DNA from: Marsupella aquatica
Taxonomy: Eukaryota > Plantae > Marchantiophyta
DNA length: 64,000 nucleotides
Direction of reading: 5' to 3'
Assembly: GCA_973895155.1 (NCBI GenBank)
Contig: OZ316895.1
Location: 18,051,880-18,115,879 of the forward strand
The notes under the pieces are model-generated. The model was not told the origin of the DNA. It ran no database searches and worked only from the letters and a program-made list of their open reading frames with translations. The position numbers and the translations under genes are program-made. Positions 1 through 13,073 of the stretch are shown one piece after another; position 1 is the first letter of the stretch, and each line of letters begins with the position of its first letter.

Positions 1-416
1 CATACAAACAGTACTTCTCATATACAAGATCTGCGAACTAAGCCGTGAGGCCAACTCTATTCATCTCTTATGTATGAGGAAACATGAATATACACAAGGG
101 TCATAGTATAACTAACCGAGAGCTTCTTTAACTACTTGATCCTAGCCCTGCTGGTGCACTAGAAACTTGCTAAGGAAGAAGGCCCTGAACTCCCCGCTGC
201 CCAGGTACTTATCCTGGTAGTGAATCCGTCTAATTCCTTGCAGCGTAAGCCTAATCTACCTAACCATAATCTACCTATGTACAGCGAGGTAGGAGCACAA
301 GTGTTGCTCTTACCAGTGGATCCGCAATCCCACTAAGCTAAGTGTCAGGGCCGCCCCTTGGTCATGATCCTAATTCTAAACTTGGAGATCTGAGCCTGCC
401 CTGCCCACTCACGCCT

Positions 417-600
417 CCTCCCTCCACGTCCGCCCTCCTTAAAAGGAGCGGCCCTCCACCACCGTCATGGCAGCGGTGTCTGGTCCTCAATGGATGCCCC
501 CAACACTTCCTCCCTCCACGTCCGCCCTCCTTAAAAGGAGCGGCCCTCCACCACCGTCATGGCAGCGGTGTCTGGTCCTCAATGGACGCCCCCAACACTT
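417..600. repeat. 92-bp tandem duplication covering the stop codon of the LTR ORF
   Basis: 417-508 and 509-600 are near-identical and bounded by TCCTCC microhomology; the other family-A LTRs have one copy. Confidence 0.85.
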
Positions 601-3160
601 CCTCCGCAGCCACTACCGTAGGTCTGTCCTCTGACAGATTACCTGCTCCGGACCGAGTCAACTCTTCATCGGCCTGACTGGGTCCACCCTCGGCTTCGGC
701 CTCAGCATCGGCCACGGCCTCCCCGGCATGTTCTAGTGGTGGATCCGGTACCCCGACTTCATCACCAAGTATCCTAGCCTCGGCTTTGCCATCCCCGCCT
801 TCTAGGGCAGTTGGATCCTCTGCCATGACCCTACCTGAGGTTGGTGCTAGGTTTACCTCCTTGGTCACGACGGCTTGAGGAGCCGTATTACTCCCTGACC
901 CAGAAGGTTTCCGCTTCTTCTTCTTCTTTGGTTCGGCAGCTGGCCCCTTCCCCTTGCCACTTACCTCCGGCACTGGTGCGAGTATCTCGGCTTGTACTTC
1001 GGCCAGTACTACTCCTGGTAAATCCTTCTCCCTAGCCAGGGCTGTCTCTTCTTCCTCCCTGAGTCATTCCTGAAACTCCTGTGCCGTCTGTTTTATGCCA
1101 TCAAAGCTCGGGGGAGCGACATCTGGTGGGGGAGACTCGGCTCTACTGGGTCCGGTCCCCTCGAACTACTCTTGGAAGAGTGGGGATGAACCTGCCACAG
1201 GTCCTTATTCCTGGAACATGATGATCCGACCCGTAGCCGGAGTCATCATTGTCGTAGCCTTCTACCGTCTCCTCCTCGGCTCCCCCCGTTGCTGTCCTGG
1301 TCCTGTCGTGAACACGGCCTCATAGATCACGGGTCCTGGTTCCTCCGGCTTCCACGTTGATCTCATCTTCTCCTTGTCGTGACCAGGGGCTTCGGGCTGC
1401 TTTTCCTCGGCTTTGGGACTTGAAGCTCCTACATACATTCGGACTCCCGGCTTGTGTTCCGGCCTCCTTCTCTCCTTGACCCCGGTAAAGGGGTTTTCCC
1501 TTGTAAGTTGGCTAAGGCCGACTTTGGGAGCAGTATTCTGTACCGGTCCCGTTGCCATTCTCCTTTCCTTCTCCAACAATTTTAGCAGATTCTGCATGCC
1601 TAGTTGCTGCATTGGCAAGTCCTCCTTCCTCGGCCTAAACACCTGCTCGATTGTAGGACTGTCGGGCTGGGTTGGTTTCTCTGTTGCCGGCCTTGGTTCC
1701 GGAACCTCTTCTGGTGCTCTTGCCTACAGGGGCAGTACCGGGGCAAATATCTGACTTTGGGCATACCGGCACAACAGCGGCATGTGATAACCAAGCCGGG
1801 ACACGCTTCCCATGCCGATCACCAGCTGTTCCTCCTTCAAGATCTTCTTTAGTTGGGTGAGGAGGTACCCATTGTAGTCTTGGCTTGGGTCTGGCCTCTC
1901 TGCCAGATAGACCTGTGCCTTGCCAATCTCTGCCCTTGGCAAGTTACAATGCATGGTCACCCGCAAGAAATCGATCATTTCTCCTATGTGCGGGTTTGTG
2001 CAGGTGTTTTGGAAGAAGCCATTCTTTGTTGATGGCCCTGGAAACGACCGGAACTCCTTGTCTGGCAAGGTCTTCCTGGTATCTACTTTGGTCTTATTGC
2101 CCATCGGCAAGCCAAACACTTCAGCAATCACCCGGGGAGTGAGTTAGAAATCCTTCCCATACACCCTTGTGGAATTGGTCTCGAGCTCCCATGATCCCAC
2201 GAATTCTAGTAAGTCTGAATCTGGCACCTCCGGCTTCAGCCATGGTAACTTTACGAATGCTCCCAAGCCGGATCCGGCCATGAAGCCCTGGTATTTCTGA
2301 GTCTGTATAGCCGTAAAGCATGCATCTTCTTCCCGCGCAAAGTGTAATTGCACCTCCTTGGGGAGGGTCGCCGCCAGCCTTTCCAGGTGTCATCTCTTGT
2401 TGGAACGACATTGACGGGGTCGACCTCCTCCTCTTCGGCTTCCGCCTGCCTCCTACTTCCTTGCTCTGCTAGTTTCCTGGGTGCCGCCGACCTCGTTCTT
2501 TTTGCAAGGGTGGCTTCTTCGTTGTTGTTCCCTTTCCTCTTCATAGCGGCTGCCGTGGATGTTTCTCCTAGCACGGTTGCCTTCGTCCAGCCCTCCGTGC
2601 TACCCTTCAACTCCCAGTGTATGTCGTTGCAGCGGTTGATGGCCTCCCGGATGCCGACTATTCTGTTCTCACAAAACAGAAGATCGTCGAGTTCGTCAGC
2701 AGTAGGCGTCCATAAGAATTCAGCCGTAATGAGTTTTCCTCCCAAGAAAGCAGACTTCTGCAGCTCCCATAGCCGAGCGAGCTCCTGCCGTTCTTGAGCC
2801 GCTCTCTCTGATTCTTTGTCTTCGTAGGTCCCAATGTACTCAGTTGCCCGTTCTAACAGGCATCCCCAAAAATGAGTAGCTTGATTGACGTTGCTCATAC
2901 CCTTCTTGAGTTGATTGTTGGTATCTGCTTCCACCCCGAGTGCTTACCTGAGCAGCGGACAGTAGTTGGCCTCCCGTAGTCGTCCGCTTGGCTTGTGCTT
3001 GCAAATGAGCCGCCATTCCTTGCGCTCGGTCCTTACCCCCTCCCCTTGGCTGGTCTTCCTTCCCATTGGTTACCCATAGCCGCCGGTACTTAGTGCGCCC
3101 TAAGCCTAATCGTGTTCCCTCCCCCGGCGTCCTTACTTTCAGCCTCGGCTTGGGTTCCAT
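557..3160 (-). pseudogene. Frameshifted copy of the family-A LTR-encoded protein, coiled coil deleted
   Basis: ORF fragments 2251-2934, 2144-2353, 1724-2131, 1262-1642 and 557-973 match successive parts of the 1211-aa ORF. Confidence 0.9.
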
Positions 3161-3272
3161 AGTCACCCTTAATTGTTTATATTTCCCTGTTTTTGTTACT
3201 ATACTAAGGTGTTTCCTAGGGTACACTCCTGATTTTTCTATTTAAACTAATGATTCCTGGCTAGGCATCACA

Positions 3273-5099
3273 TTCCACTTCTTCACAACCAATATTGTTT
3301 TAATCGTATCACAAAGACATGGAGGGATGCTATTTATATTTCATCACGCTAGGAATGAGTAGATTCATTTCCGCTCCCAAAATTGCATTTTTTGATCAAG
3401 TCTGCCGACTGTCTCACCCTTTACTGCTTTTGATCAAGTCTCGTGGACTGCACTCTCTACTCTCCTCTTGGTCTCTAGTGGACTGCTGTCATCAATCCTC
3501 AGGCTCACGAGGCCAACCGACCTTACAAACTTCTTTCAAGAATCCATTGGGCGGGTCCTTTCATAAAAAATACACCAAAATGGCTATGGGAAGAACACAA
3601 CTATGAAAGAAATGAGATCATAACATGTAACAAACTTTGGAGAGTCAAGCTGAATCCATATCTTTTGGTGAAATAGTAATACATTGCATGAGTAACCCGG
3701 TTTCCTGCCGTCTACTCAACTCTTGCCTTACTAGGACAATGACTACTTCTGACCTCACTACTCCAGATGACTTTCCCTCTCAGTCTATGCTACGAGCTAA
3801 CACTCAAAACTAGGCTAAGTTCCCCCCTAATTCACTAAAGGAGCTCCCCCTAAATACTCTCAACCATACCAAAGCACCCTTCAAGGGGTCACAACAATGG
3901 CGGCTACCCTAGCGGCGGCATTAAAACCCTAATCACAAAATTTGCTAACCTAAAACATGTGGCACACACATGCCACCTAAAACCCTAACCTAACTATGGA
4001 ACCGACGGTGCCTTCGATGGTGCCAACAACAATCCGTAGTCCGTGAAAAGTGAGGGAGCCCTACCATGGTCGAAACCTAAGATCATTCAAACCACTCCCT
4101 TGAGGAGAGCCCTGGACAGCCCTACTCCTCCTGATCACGGATCCATAAATGGTTCCCAAAATGGATCCCGAACGGCCAAGTTACAGGGGTTTCAATCCGT
4201 AAAACTACCAAAACTCTCGAGCTCATAACTTATTTGTCTTGACTCCGTTTAGGGAGTGCTGCACCTTGCCAAAATCAGCTTCCCAAACTCCTTCAAACCA
4301 GCCTGTGAGTCAACCCTTCCAACTTGTGTCAAAAATAAAAATCTGTACGGCTAACATCCATTATGGCCTACTAGTCCTCCTCGGAATCACTAACGGTGCT
4401 GGGACTCCATCCCCGGGAATCATTGCTTGCCTCACTATCTCCTTGGGTGGCTACAGCATCCCCTCCCCTTTTCTTCACCGGGGTGGTCCGTCCTAACGTT
4501 TGGCCCGAGGTTCCCTGTTTCCGCATCGTCACCAAGGCTTGCCAAGCCTTGATGTACCCATGACCGATGGTGTCCTCCCACAACGTTGCCTCCTTACCAC
4601 CATGTAATTCCAATGGCAAGACTTGGCCAGTGGCCATAGAAGTTCCCGGATTTGGGTGGCATCCCCAACATTCCTATGGCGTCATGACTTGGTTGCATCT
4701 CCCGTAATGACTTACGGGCCTCCCTCAACTTCTTCTCCAAACTCTTACACTTCTCTGTGGAGTCCTTGCTGCCTCCAACATAGGTTTGTACTTCTCCATC
4801 ACCTCCTTCACTACCATCTCAGAAGCCTTGGAAACCAAATCGGGGGAGAGAGTGGGACTAGGTGGGCAGGGGCTCTTCCTCTTCCCCAACCTCAAGGTAT
4901 CGCTTCTCTTTGCCCTAGCCTCAAAAATTCTCACTTGGCTTGGTAACTCCATAACATGTTTCCTCAATTTCTCCACCTCACCAGAGTTTTTCTTCTACTT
5001 AGCCAACTCCTTTCTCAAGGCTCCCACCTCCTGTGCTTCTTTGGCCTTGGTGGACAAAGCTCCATGCAATTGAGAAATCTGTACTTGGGCTTTCTTCAG
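3273..5099 (-). mobile_element. Unclassified degenerate element (target of element B), left part, with the C-terminal part of a coiled-coil ORF
   Basis: Removing element B and one TSD joins QERSRLL (20655 side) to KKAQVQISQLHGALSTKAKEAQEVGALRKEL (5094 side) in frame. The identity of the element is unknown. Confidence 0.45.
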
Positions 5100-8000
5100 T
5101 GTCACGCCGTAAGCCTTGTCCTTACACGGATTTTAGCTTAGACGGGCATAATCTTCATTAGTTTTAAGGGTTCGGGCAAGGAGGGATGTGCAAACTAAAC
5201 CTTACTCCCGTAATCTAGCACTAAGTGCGCCTATTCCTACTTACAAAAATATCATGGGTATAGTTTGTGTTCCACCGCCGGAACATACCTTAAGTCAATA
5301 GTTGGATTGACCCCGGCTTAAGGGCTTCTAAGCCTTTGTACTGTCCGCCTCCGATCCAGATCCAATGATACGGGTATCCAACCCAGGCTCGCAACCACTA
5401 TCCGCAGTCCACACCCCTGCATTGCTCGGATAATGCATTCGGCCCAGCATTCTCTACCCATATACAAGATTCATACATGCAATTGAACTCACACACATGC
5501 AATCTTGGTTTACACAAAGGAAATGGTGGGAAAAGACTTTACTTCAGAATCCGTCATACACATATACACGGTTGACTCAACAGCTCTTGAGTAAACAAGC
5601 CCAACGGTAGAGAGGCATACACTACAACGGAGCTTGGCTCCGCACTTGCCCAACGAGCTTAGTCATACCCTCCCTCCTTGGTGTTCTTTTACTCACAAAG
5701 GCCGGGACTCCCCGCACATCTTGCGCATACCCGGTTCTGAAACTAAAAATCCCCCTCCCTCTACCAGGGGATGCACTAAATACTAAGAGCCGAGGTTGGA
5801 ACAACCACATGCTCAAATCTATGCTATCTAAGATTCTAAACTCTGCTAACTGTCAGGCCGTAAAATGACGTGTCTTATTCTAAGATTCTAGCTATGAAGG
5901 TTGGTCGGATAGGACAGTGCTGCTAACTAGTTTCAGCCCTTGTCCTTATCGTTTGACTATCCTAAGTACTCCTAATGCTATTCTAACCCTGTTCCGCCGC
6001 TAATGTCTGGTTTGCTTGCCAGACCCGCCTGAGTTGGATTTGGAGCGGCCATCCCGCTGCCTTCTGAGCCGGTCGGCGTCCTGCTTGAGCTGCTGGACCT
6101 GGTCCAGCAGAGATTTGTTCTCTTGCTTTGCCGCATCCATCTCCTCCGCGGCTTCCTAGCATGCCTCTTCCAGTTGCCGGGCGTTGCTTGTCAGCGTTGT
6201 GATAACCGCATCGTCCGGTACAGACGGAGGGGCGGCAGCTGCTGGTTGTGGGGCCGGGGTAGTTGTGGGCCTCACAACCACCGGACTTTTGGCCTTGGGT
6301 TGGGGTTGCCTTTCTTGGGCCGGGAATACCCACCATGATGGGGTTAGCTTGGGCTCGTTGATCCAAGGGAGGCTTCGGCGGTCCAAACGGGCGTACCACT
6401 TGATGATGATTTTGATGTGGCTAGCAAGGTACGCCTTTCTGCCGAGGTACAAAGTCTTCCTTTGCCGCTCCATCTCCTCATGGAACTTCTTGACAAAGAA
6501 AGATGACTTGGGCGGCGGATACTTCGCCACTCGGTTCCATCATGTGGAGGGCGTACCTCTGGAATTCCAGACGCTTTGCTACCTCCGGGATGAGGCATGT
6601 CCTCATCAAGAATCCGTTGTCCACTGCTCCTTTGGCCGGGAAGCTAAAGGACTGATACTTGGCTCCTTTGCCCCCGGGAGCCCGTGACTCCACCCAATTT
6701 TTTCCTTTGGGTAGGCCAAAGATCATCTTAAGCCGTGCCTCATTCAGGGACATCACTCTCCCGTATGCACGGGTTTGTTGGCGGGCTTCGTCAAAGTTTT
6801 GGATGAACTCCGTCATGTCCTGCCCGTAGTACCTGCTTCCATTCCAAGGGAGAGAGGCAAGGTGCTCAAACCCTTGGGTCTTCAGGTAGCATGCATGCTT
6901 GGGGTGGAGAATGTTCTTGTGGACATTCTCCCCCATGCGATGCATGGTCAGCTTGGCCACCGCAACCGTGGCCAAAGGCAGCCCTGATACGGCTGCGGGT
7001 TCCTTTCTCTTCCTACCCCAAGACTGGTTCATGGGGTGACTTGAAGAGGGGGACATCTCCCCATCCTCTCTATTGGGTGGCGGCAGCGCTACCGCCATAA
7101 GCACCGGTGCTGGGGTTGCCACTGTCGCCGTGTTATCCACCCGGGCTTGTGTGGGTGGTGCTGGGTTGCCAGTTTAGGGGAGGGTGAGCTTCCTCATCTT
7201 TGGAACTGATGTTCACCGCGTTTACCATGGATCACACCCGGAGGGGTGGTGCGACCGGTGGTGGAGAATGGCTTGGCTAAGGCCAAGGTAGTATTGGTGC
7301 GGGCACCGATGAGTTGGCGACGGTTGTAGCTGGAGGAAGCGCCATAAGATTCAGGAAGTCTGAGGGGAAGCCAAGTGAGGTCAAGATAGATGCCTTGCCC
7401 GTAGCTGCGGTATCAAAGTGATGGTCTATGGAAGCCTAGACTTTGGCGGGGACATGATTGAAGTGGTGTTGCTGTAAGTCGATCGTGCCCGGGAGTGTGA
7501 AGACCTTGTCCGGAAGCCAAAAGAGTGCTTCCGGGAAACCAACGTACTTTGGGCCGTCAAAGAAGTATTTGGAGATCTTGTCGGCTTGACAGAGCTTGCT
7601 CTGGAACGGGAGGTTGAAATTGCCGTTATAGTGAGAGCACCCGGCCAGGCGAATGAGTCATTCATTCTGCCTTTTGGTTTCGTACCGGCGTGGGTTGACC
7701 TTGGCCAACGACTTAGCTAAATGATTTCCGATGGATAGAAATTGAAGCCAAAACCAAAGGGCAGAATTGGACATAATAGTGACAGACATACATGGAACGG
7801 CGGTGGATGACTAAGGAGCACATGAGCAAGCTAGGATTAAAGCTGGCACAACGGGTGAAGTGTTGGTGGTTTGCAAGATAATGGCCCGCCTTTTATACCT
7901 TGAGGGCTCGTCGGCCGAAATGGCCCCTTCCTCCTTTTGATAGGCCGATCCTTTCACGCTTGCAGTGTATCGGCCACTCCGATCCATAGGTCCAGGTCAG

Positions 8001-8270
8001 AACGTGTAAGCGAGCCACTCCCTTGAGTCTTTATACGCGTCGGACCCGAGGGGACATCCCCACACGCTTGTAACTCGGGGGTACAAATGGCGCTCCACCG
8101 CTAGTCCAAGCATAAATGCTCCTTATTGACTAATGATGTCCTAGTCGTGATTACTACCTACTTTAGTGTCGTTATATATGCTAATTACTACAGACTACTA
8201 TGTCCTTAGCACGCATGCTAAGCACGATTAGACCGGATTACTCATTAACCACCGTGTTGGCGGCGTCACA
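5100..8270 (-). repeat. 3' LTR of element B (internally deleted)
   Basis: Starts TGTGACGCCGCC at 8270 after the PPT and ends GGCGTGACA at 5100. Homologous to 17232-20654. Confidence 0.9.
6000..7789 (-). pseudogene. Family-B LTR-encoded ORF, 3' LTR copy, with deletions and frameshifts
   Basis: ORFs 6478-7140 and 6156-6530 match the 490-aa ORF at 18036-19508. Confidence 0.85.
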
Positions 8271-8285
8271 TAGCTCCCTACTTAA

Positions 8286-11200
8286 CTATGAAGCGTCCTT
8301 GCAAACGTTGCCATCGATGGTATCATCTTGATGATGGTACTTCTTCACACGACCGTAACTAATTTGCATGGAAAGTAAATTGTCGGCATACGTTGCAAGC
8401 TCAATGGAGCCGTTCGGGTAAATTTGACTGACAAGGAAAGGTCCCAACCAGCGAGTATGTAGCTTCCCGGGAAATTGCATGTACCTGCTATCGTACAGAA
8501 GGACAAGGTTGCCTGTTACAACGTTGATCTTCCGTAGTCCTTTGTTGTGCTGCTTCTTGGATACTGTCTGTTTCTTCACTGCGTGTTGGGCAGCTAGTAC
8601 CCTGGCTTCCTCTAATGCTTTGATCTGGTAAGCTCTTTCCAAAGAACTTTTGGCTTCGAATGAGCAATCCCAAATACTTACACGTGGTGTGTGAATTTCA
8701 AACTCCACCAGCACCAATGAGTGTTGCTCGAGCACGAGAAAGTGTGAATTGTGACTGGTAGTAGTCTTGTAAGCCAAATTGTACAAGTACACAGCGGCGT
8801 ATAATTTGTCATCCCAATCTGTTTTGTGTGCGGCTACTATTTTTTTGAGGATCTTCCCAATGATGCCATTCGTCCTTTCCGTCAGTCCGTTGGCCTTTGG
8901 TGGTATAGGGTGGTCTTGCAGTGCTTGACCAGGTACCGTTCCGTAAGGCGCTCTACGGTTTCATTGATGAAATGCGTTCCCCAATTGTTGACTAACTCCA
9001 AAGGGGGTCCAAAGCAAGTGAAGATCTGCTCATACAAGAACTTGGCGCTGGTAGCTAGCGGCATCATCCTTCACCGTTGCCCAAGCTTCCACCCATTTGG
9101 TGGAGTAGTCTATGGCTAGTAGGATGTACCAGCACCTGCATCTTCGGGTAACCGGAGTGAAATGCCCAATGTAATCAATGCCCCACTTCTCGAATGGTGC
9201 TAGTGGAAGTACGAAGGTGGTTGTGGGCTTTCCTCGGGGCGCCAGCCCGTTGACATAAATTGCATCCTTTAATAAAGCGTCGCACATCCCGATGTAACAT
9301 AGGCCATCAATACCCCAAATCCAAGATCTTACAAGCAGTAGTGATGGCCGCAAAATGGCCCCCAACTTCCTCTTCGTGTAGGGCCCGCATAACAATGAGC
9401 GTTTCCTTGTATTCAAGGCAGCGCCGTAGCTTTCCATTAACTCCCTCTTGTGTAAGTGACCCCTTATCATCACATACGGTCTGGCCTTTTGTAAGAATAC
9501 GGCGGCGGCCTCCTGATTGATTCCATTGGGGATGCGGCCTGTTAGGAGGAAGGTAATGAGCGGTCCGTACCACGTGGCCTACCTGCCCCTACGTGGAATA
9601 ATTCCTCATCTGGAAAAGTATTGCTAATAGGCTGATCTATAGGTACACCATCCAGTCTTGAAAAGAAATCGACGTTGAGGTGTGCCTTCCCCGGCCAAAC
9701 TCGTACCTTGTAGTTAAACTCCTGTAAGAGCAGTACCCACCTGGCTATCCGCCCTGTGACATCTGCTTTGTTCACCATATATTTTAAACTATCATGATCC
9801 GTATGAAGGATGACTTTATATCCAAGCAGGTAGTGTCGGAACTCCTTACACGAGTAGATAATACCTAGAGCTTCTTGATCGGTGGGGGAATAATTTTTCT
9901 CAGCCGTAAATAGCTAACAACTAGCAAAATAGATGGGGTAGTCGCGACCGTCCTTGTCCAGCTGGCTTAGTACGGACCCAATGCAAAACCCCAAAACATC
10001 AATGTACACATGGAATTCCTTATTCCAATCCGGGGTTACCATGATGGGTTACGTGATGAGTCAGCGCTGGAGTTCTTCAAAAGCTATATGTCTCCAGGGT
10101 GTCTCTTCAATCACTGCATCCTTCTTCATCATCTCCGTTAGGGGTAACGCAATTTTAGCAAAATCTTTGATGAATCGGCAATAGTACCCTACCCAACCCA
10201 GGAACAACCGTACGGCTTTTTCATCCACTAGGAACACTACCGCCATATATCCAGGCTGGAACCTTCTCCTGGTCTACCTCGATACCTCGTTTAGACACAC
10301 AATGCCCGAGTAACACCCCTTCCTCTACTCCGAAAAAACATTTTGCCGGATGCAACTTTAAATTTACTTCTCTGCATCATTGGAGCGTACGGCGTAAATG
10401 TTTGGGGTGCATGGCAATGGTTCCAAAGATGGCAAAGTCATCAATAAATATTTCCAGGAATTCCCGTAGGAAGTCATGGAAGATATTCATCATGAGTCTG
10501 GAACATGGCCAGGGCGTTACACAGTCCAAATGGCATTCTACAAAATGCGAACGTCAATAACTCCGTGGTAAATATTGTTTTAAGCTAATCCACGAGTCGG
10601 ATCCAGATTTGATTGTAGCCCGAATACCTGTCAAGGAATGTATATATTTCATTACGGGCTACCATATATCCAAAACCATATTTGGAATGGTAAGAGGTAG
10701 TGATCCTTCCGGGTGGCATCATTTAGTTTACGGTAGTCCTGGCAGATGCAAATTTTGGGCTTCCCGTCCATACCTCCCTTCTTTGGCACGATGATGATGG
10801 GAGACACCCAGTAACTGGCCATTACCGGGTAGATGATATCCGTGGCTAGGAGACAATAAATCTCCTCTTTCACCAAGATGCAGTACCTTGGGTTCATGCG
10901 ATGTTGCCGCTGCCGTACGGTGTGAGCTCCCAGGTTCAAATCGATCATGTGTTCTCCCAACTCGGGGGAGACTCTAGTCAAATCGTGATGGCTCCATGCA
11001 AACACATCTTCATACTCCTTGAGCAATGCTTGGATGGATTTTTCCGCCTCCCCCTTCAGCTCATGGCCTAAGTTGAAAGACTTATCCATCCCAATAGTGT
11101 ACTTCCGGTAGTGTTCCTTCCTTATGACCTCCACTTGGTTCTGCAAGCTAGGGTCCATACTTGCATTCAGCTTGGCTAGCCGAACTCCTCCGTACATAGG

Positions 11201-12009
11201 TGGAACCGGGATTGGTTTTGGAATTGGGGTTGTTTCCTCTTGTTGCGGATGGATGGATCCCAGGAGACTCGTTTCTTATGCTTTGGCGTTGGGATCTTGG
11301 CTTCGGGTGATGCCCTGGCCGGTTTTGGGTTAGTAGGGTCAGCATCGGCTCCCTACTTAGCTCGAGCCATATGCTCCATGCCCTTCAAGTTGATGGCTTG
11401 CTGTTCATCTTCCCAGGTGCTAGAGAGGCTTGGGGTAGTCCCGTCTATAGCGACTTTTGGGTAATTCAAGAGATGCGTCTCCCGGGTTGCCTCTATCCCC
11501 AAAACATCTTCCTTGGATAGGGACAAAATAAGCTCAATCATATTGAGCTCTTCTTCCTCCGAGGTCTCCAAATCGTACTCCTCTGGTCCCTGTGGAGTCT
11601 TGCCCTGATAATCGTCCACCGCCCATGATACTTGTACCGTGGGTGTCCCAAATCATAGCTCCTTCTTGCCCCAGTCCGTGACTACACGGCCACTGTACAG
11701 CCACGGCCTTCCCAAGAGAATTGGGTAAGAAGATGGTCGGACCGGCCTCATGACCAAAAAGTTTAGATAAAACTCCACACCTCCTACGAGGGTGAGAACT
11801 TTGGTGAGCGTGCCCAGGGGAAGTACTCTTGCACTATTTGCTAATCGAATAGCTCGGGCTATGGGTTGATACGTGAGATACCCCAATTTTACAGATGTTT
11901 TCTCAGTCATAATGTTGAATCCTGCTCCGTCGTCCACAAGAACCATTTTGATAGTACAGCCCTTGATCTCGATCGAGATGTCCGGCGCTCCCAGGTCCTC
12001 ATAGATCAT
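8286..12009 (-). pseudogene. pol: Element B pol: protease, RT, RNase H and integrase, fragmented
   Basis: Motifs VLVDDGAGFNIM (PR), SPIIIVPKK and QDYRKLN (RT), GRIARWVLLLQEF (RH), PFEKWGIDYIG and GKLHTRWLGPF (INT). Confidence 0.92.
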
Positions 12010-13073
12010 ATTACAATCCGCGACTCCTACTCATGGTAGCCGTCTTCTACGTCGGCCCGTGAGCAACTCCCTTAGTTGTTGCCGGTATTGGGGATTATTC
12101 TAGAGTAGTTGTCCTACTGTTGCTGTGACTAGGCAACTCTTCACGTCTTGTCAAATGTCGTACTCTTCCTTCTTTTCTTCCTTTGGCTGCTGCTTTGCTT
12201 CTGTGCACTTCTCGCTTCTCCTGCTCTTCCCATTGAGCGGCCTCAACAGCTTTTAGGTCTTTATCAATTGCTTTCTGGTATTCCCGTGCTTCGTATGCTT
12301 CCAACTGTTGCTTTACCAACTCTTTGATGCGGGGGTAGAATAGCTTCGGGTTATCCCGATGGCAGTCGTCATCCTCCTCTGGGGGTATTTCTACCGTTGG
12401 CTGCACTGGCGTGGTGTCTTGCTTCCGTCGGTGTTTCTTGTCCTATTTCTCTTGCTTTCATTTGGATCTGGTTGACACTCGATAACATTCAGCCTCATCT
12501 GACGGATTGGGATGTTCTGTTACATCGACCAAGTTGACCCACTCAGTGTTATCATCTTGCCATTCTACAGTGATCATTGAACGACTGCATCGCTCAAAGC
12601 TGGTCCACCTGGGGCTGGCCTAGCTGCCCTTGCTCGTGCGGCAATCACCAATGGGCAATTAGCCATGGAATGAGCCTCCGTTTTGCAAACTTGACATAGT
12701 GGCATGCCTTGGCCATCTCCTTGCCATCTTTGTTCAGTGCATTCCCTTGCGAAGTGACCGGGCTTCTCACAGTTGTAACAACCCAGGGATTGCCAAATCC
12801 CTGGTTTAGGAGGAATGCTCAAGTTACTTATCACTTGGAAGCCTCTGCCACCATTTGGGTATGGATATGCAGTTCTGCCAGCCAAATTCCGAGGACCCAC
12901 CGTGGAAATTTGATACACGGAGTCAGGGGGTTCTTCGAAGAAGTACTCCGTGGTCTCCGGTTCTGGCCCTGGGTTGTCGACATCATCCAATTCCACCTGA
13001 TGGACTCGATTCTTCCATCTCGGGCATTCTTGCACCACATGCCCCGATTGGAAGCACTTGGAGCACCACGCAT

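Larger units (their letters stand above)
1..3272 (-). mobile_element. Diverged family-A giant LTR (5' LTR or solo LTR), running off the left edge
   Basis: The reverse complement starts TGTGATGCCTAGCCAGGAATCA at 3272, matching the LTR start at 27313, and is collinear with that LTR down to base 1. No PPT precedes it. Confidence 0.9.
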
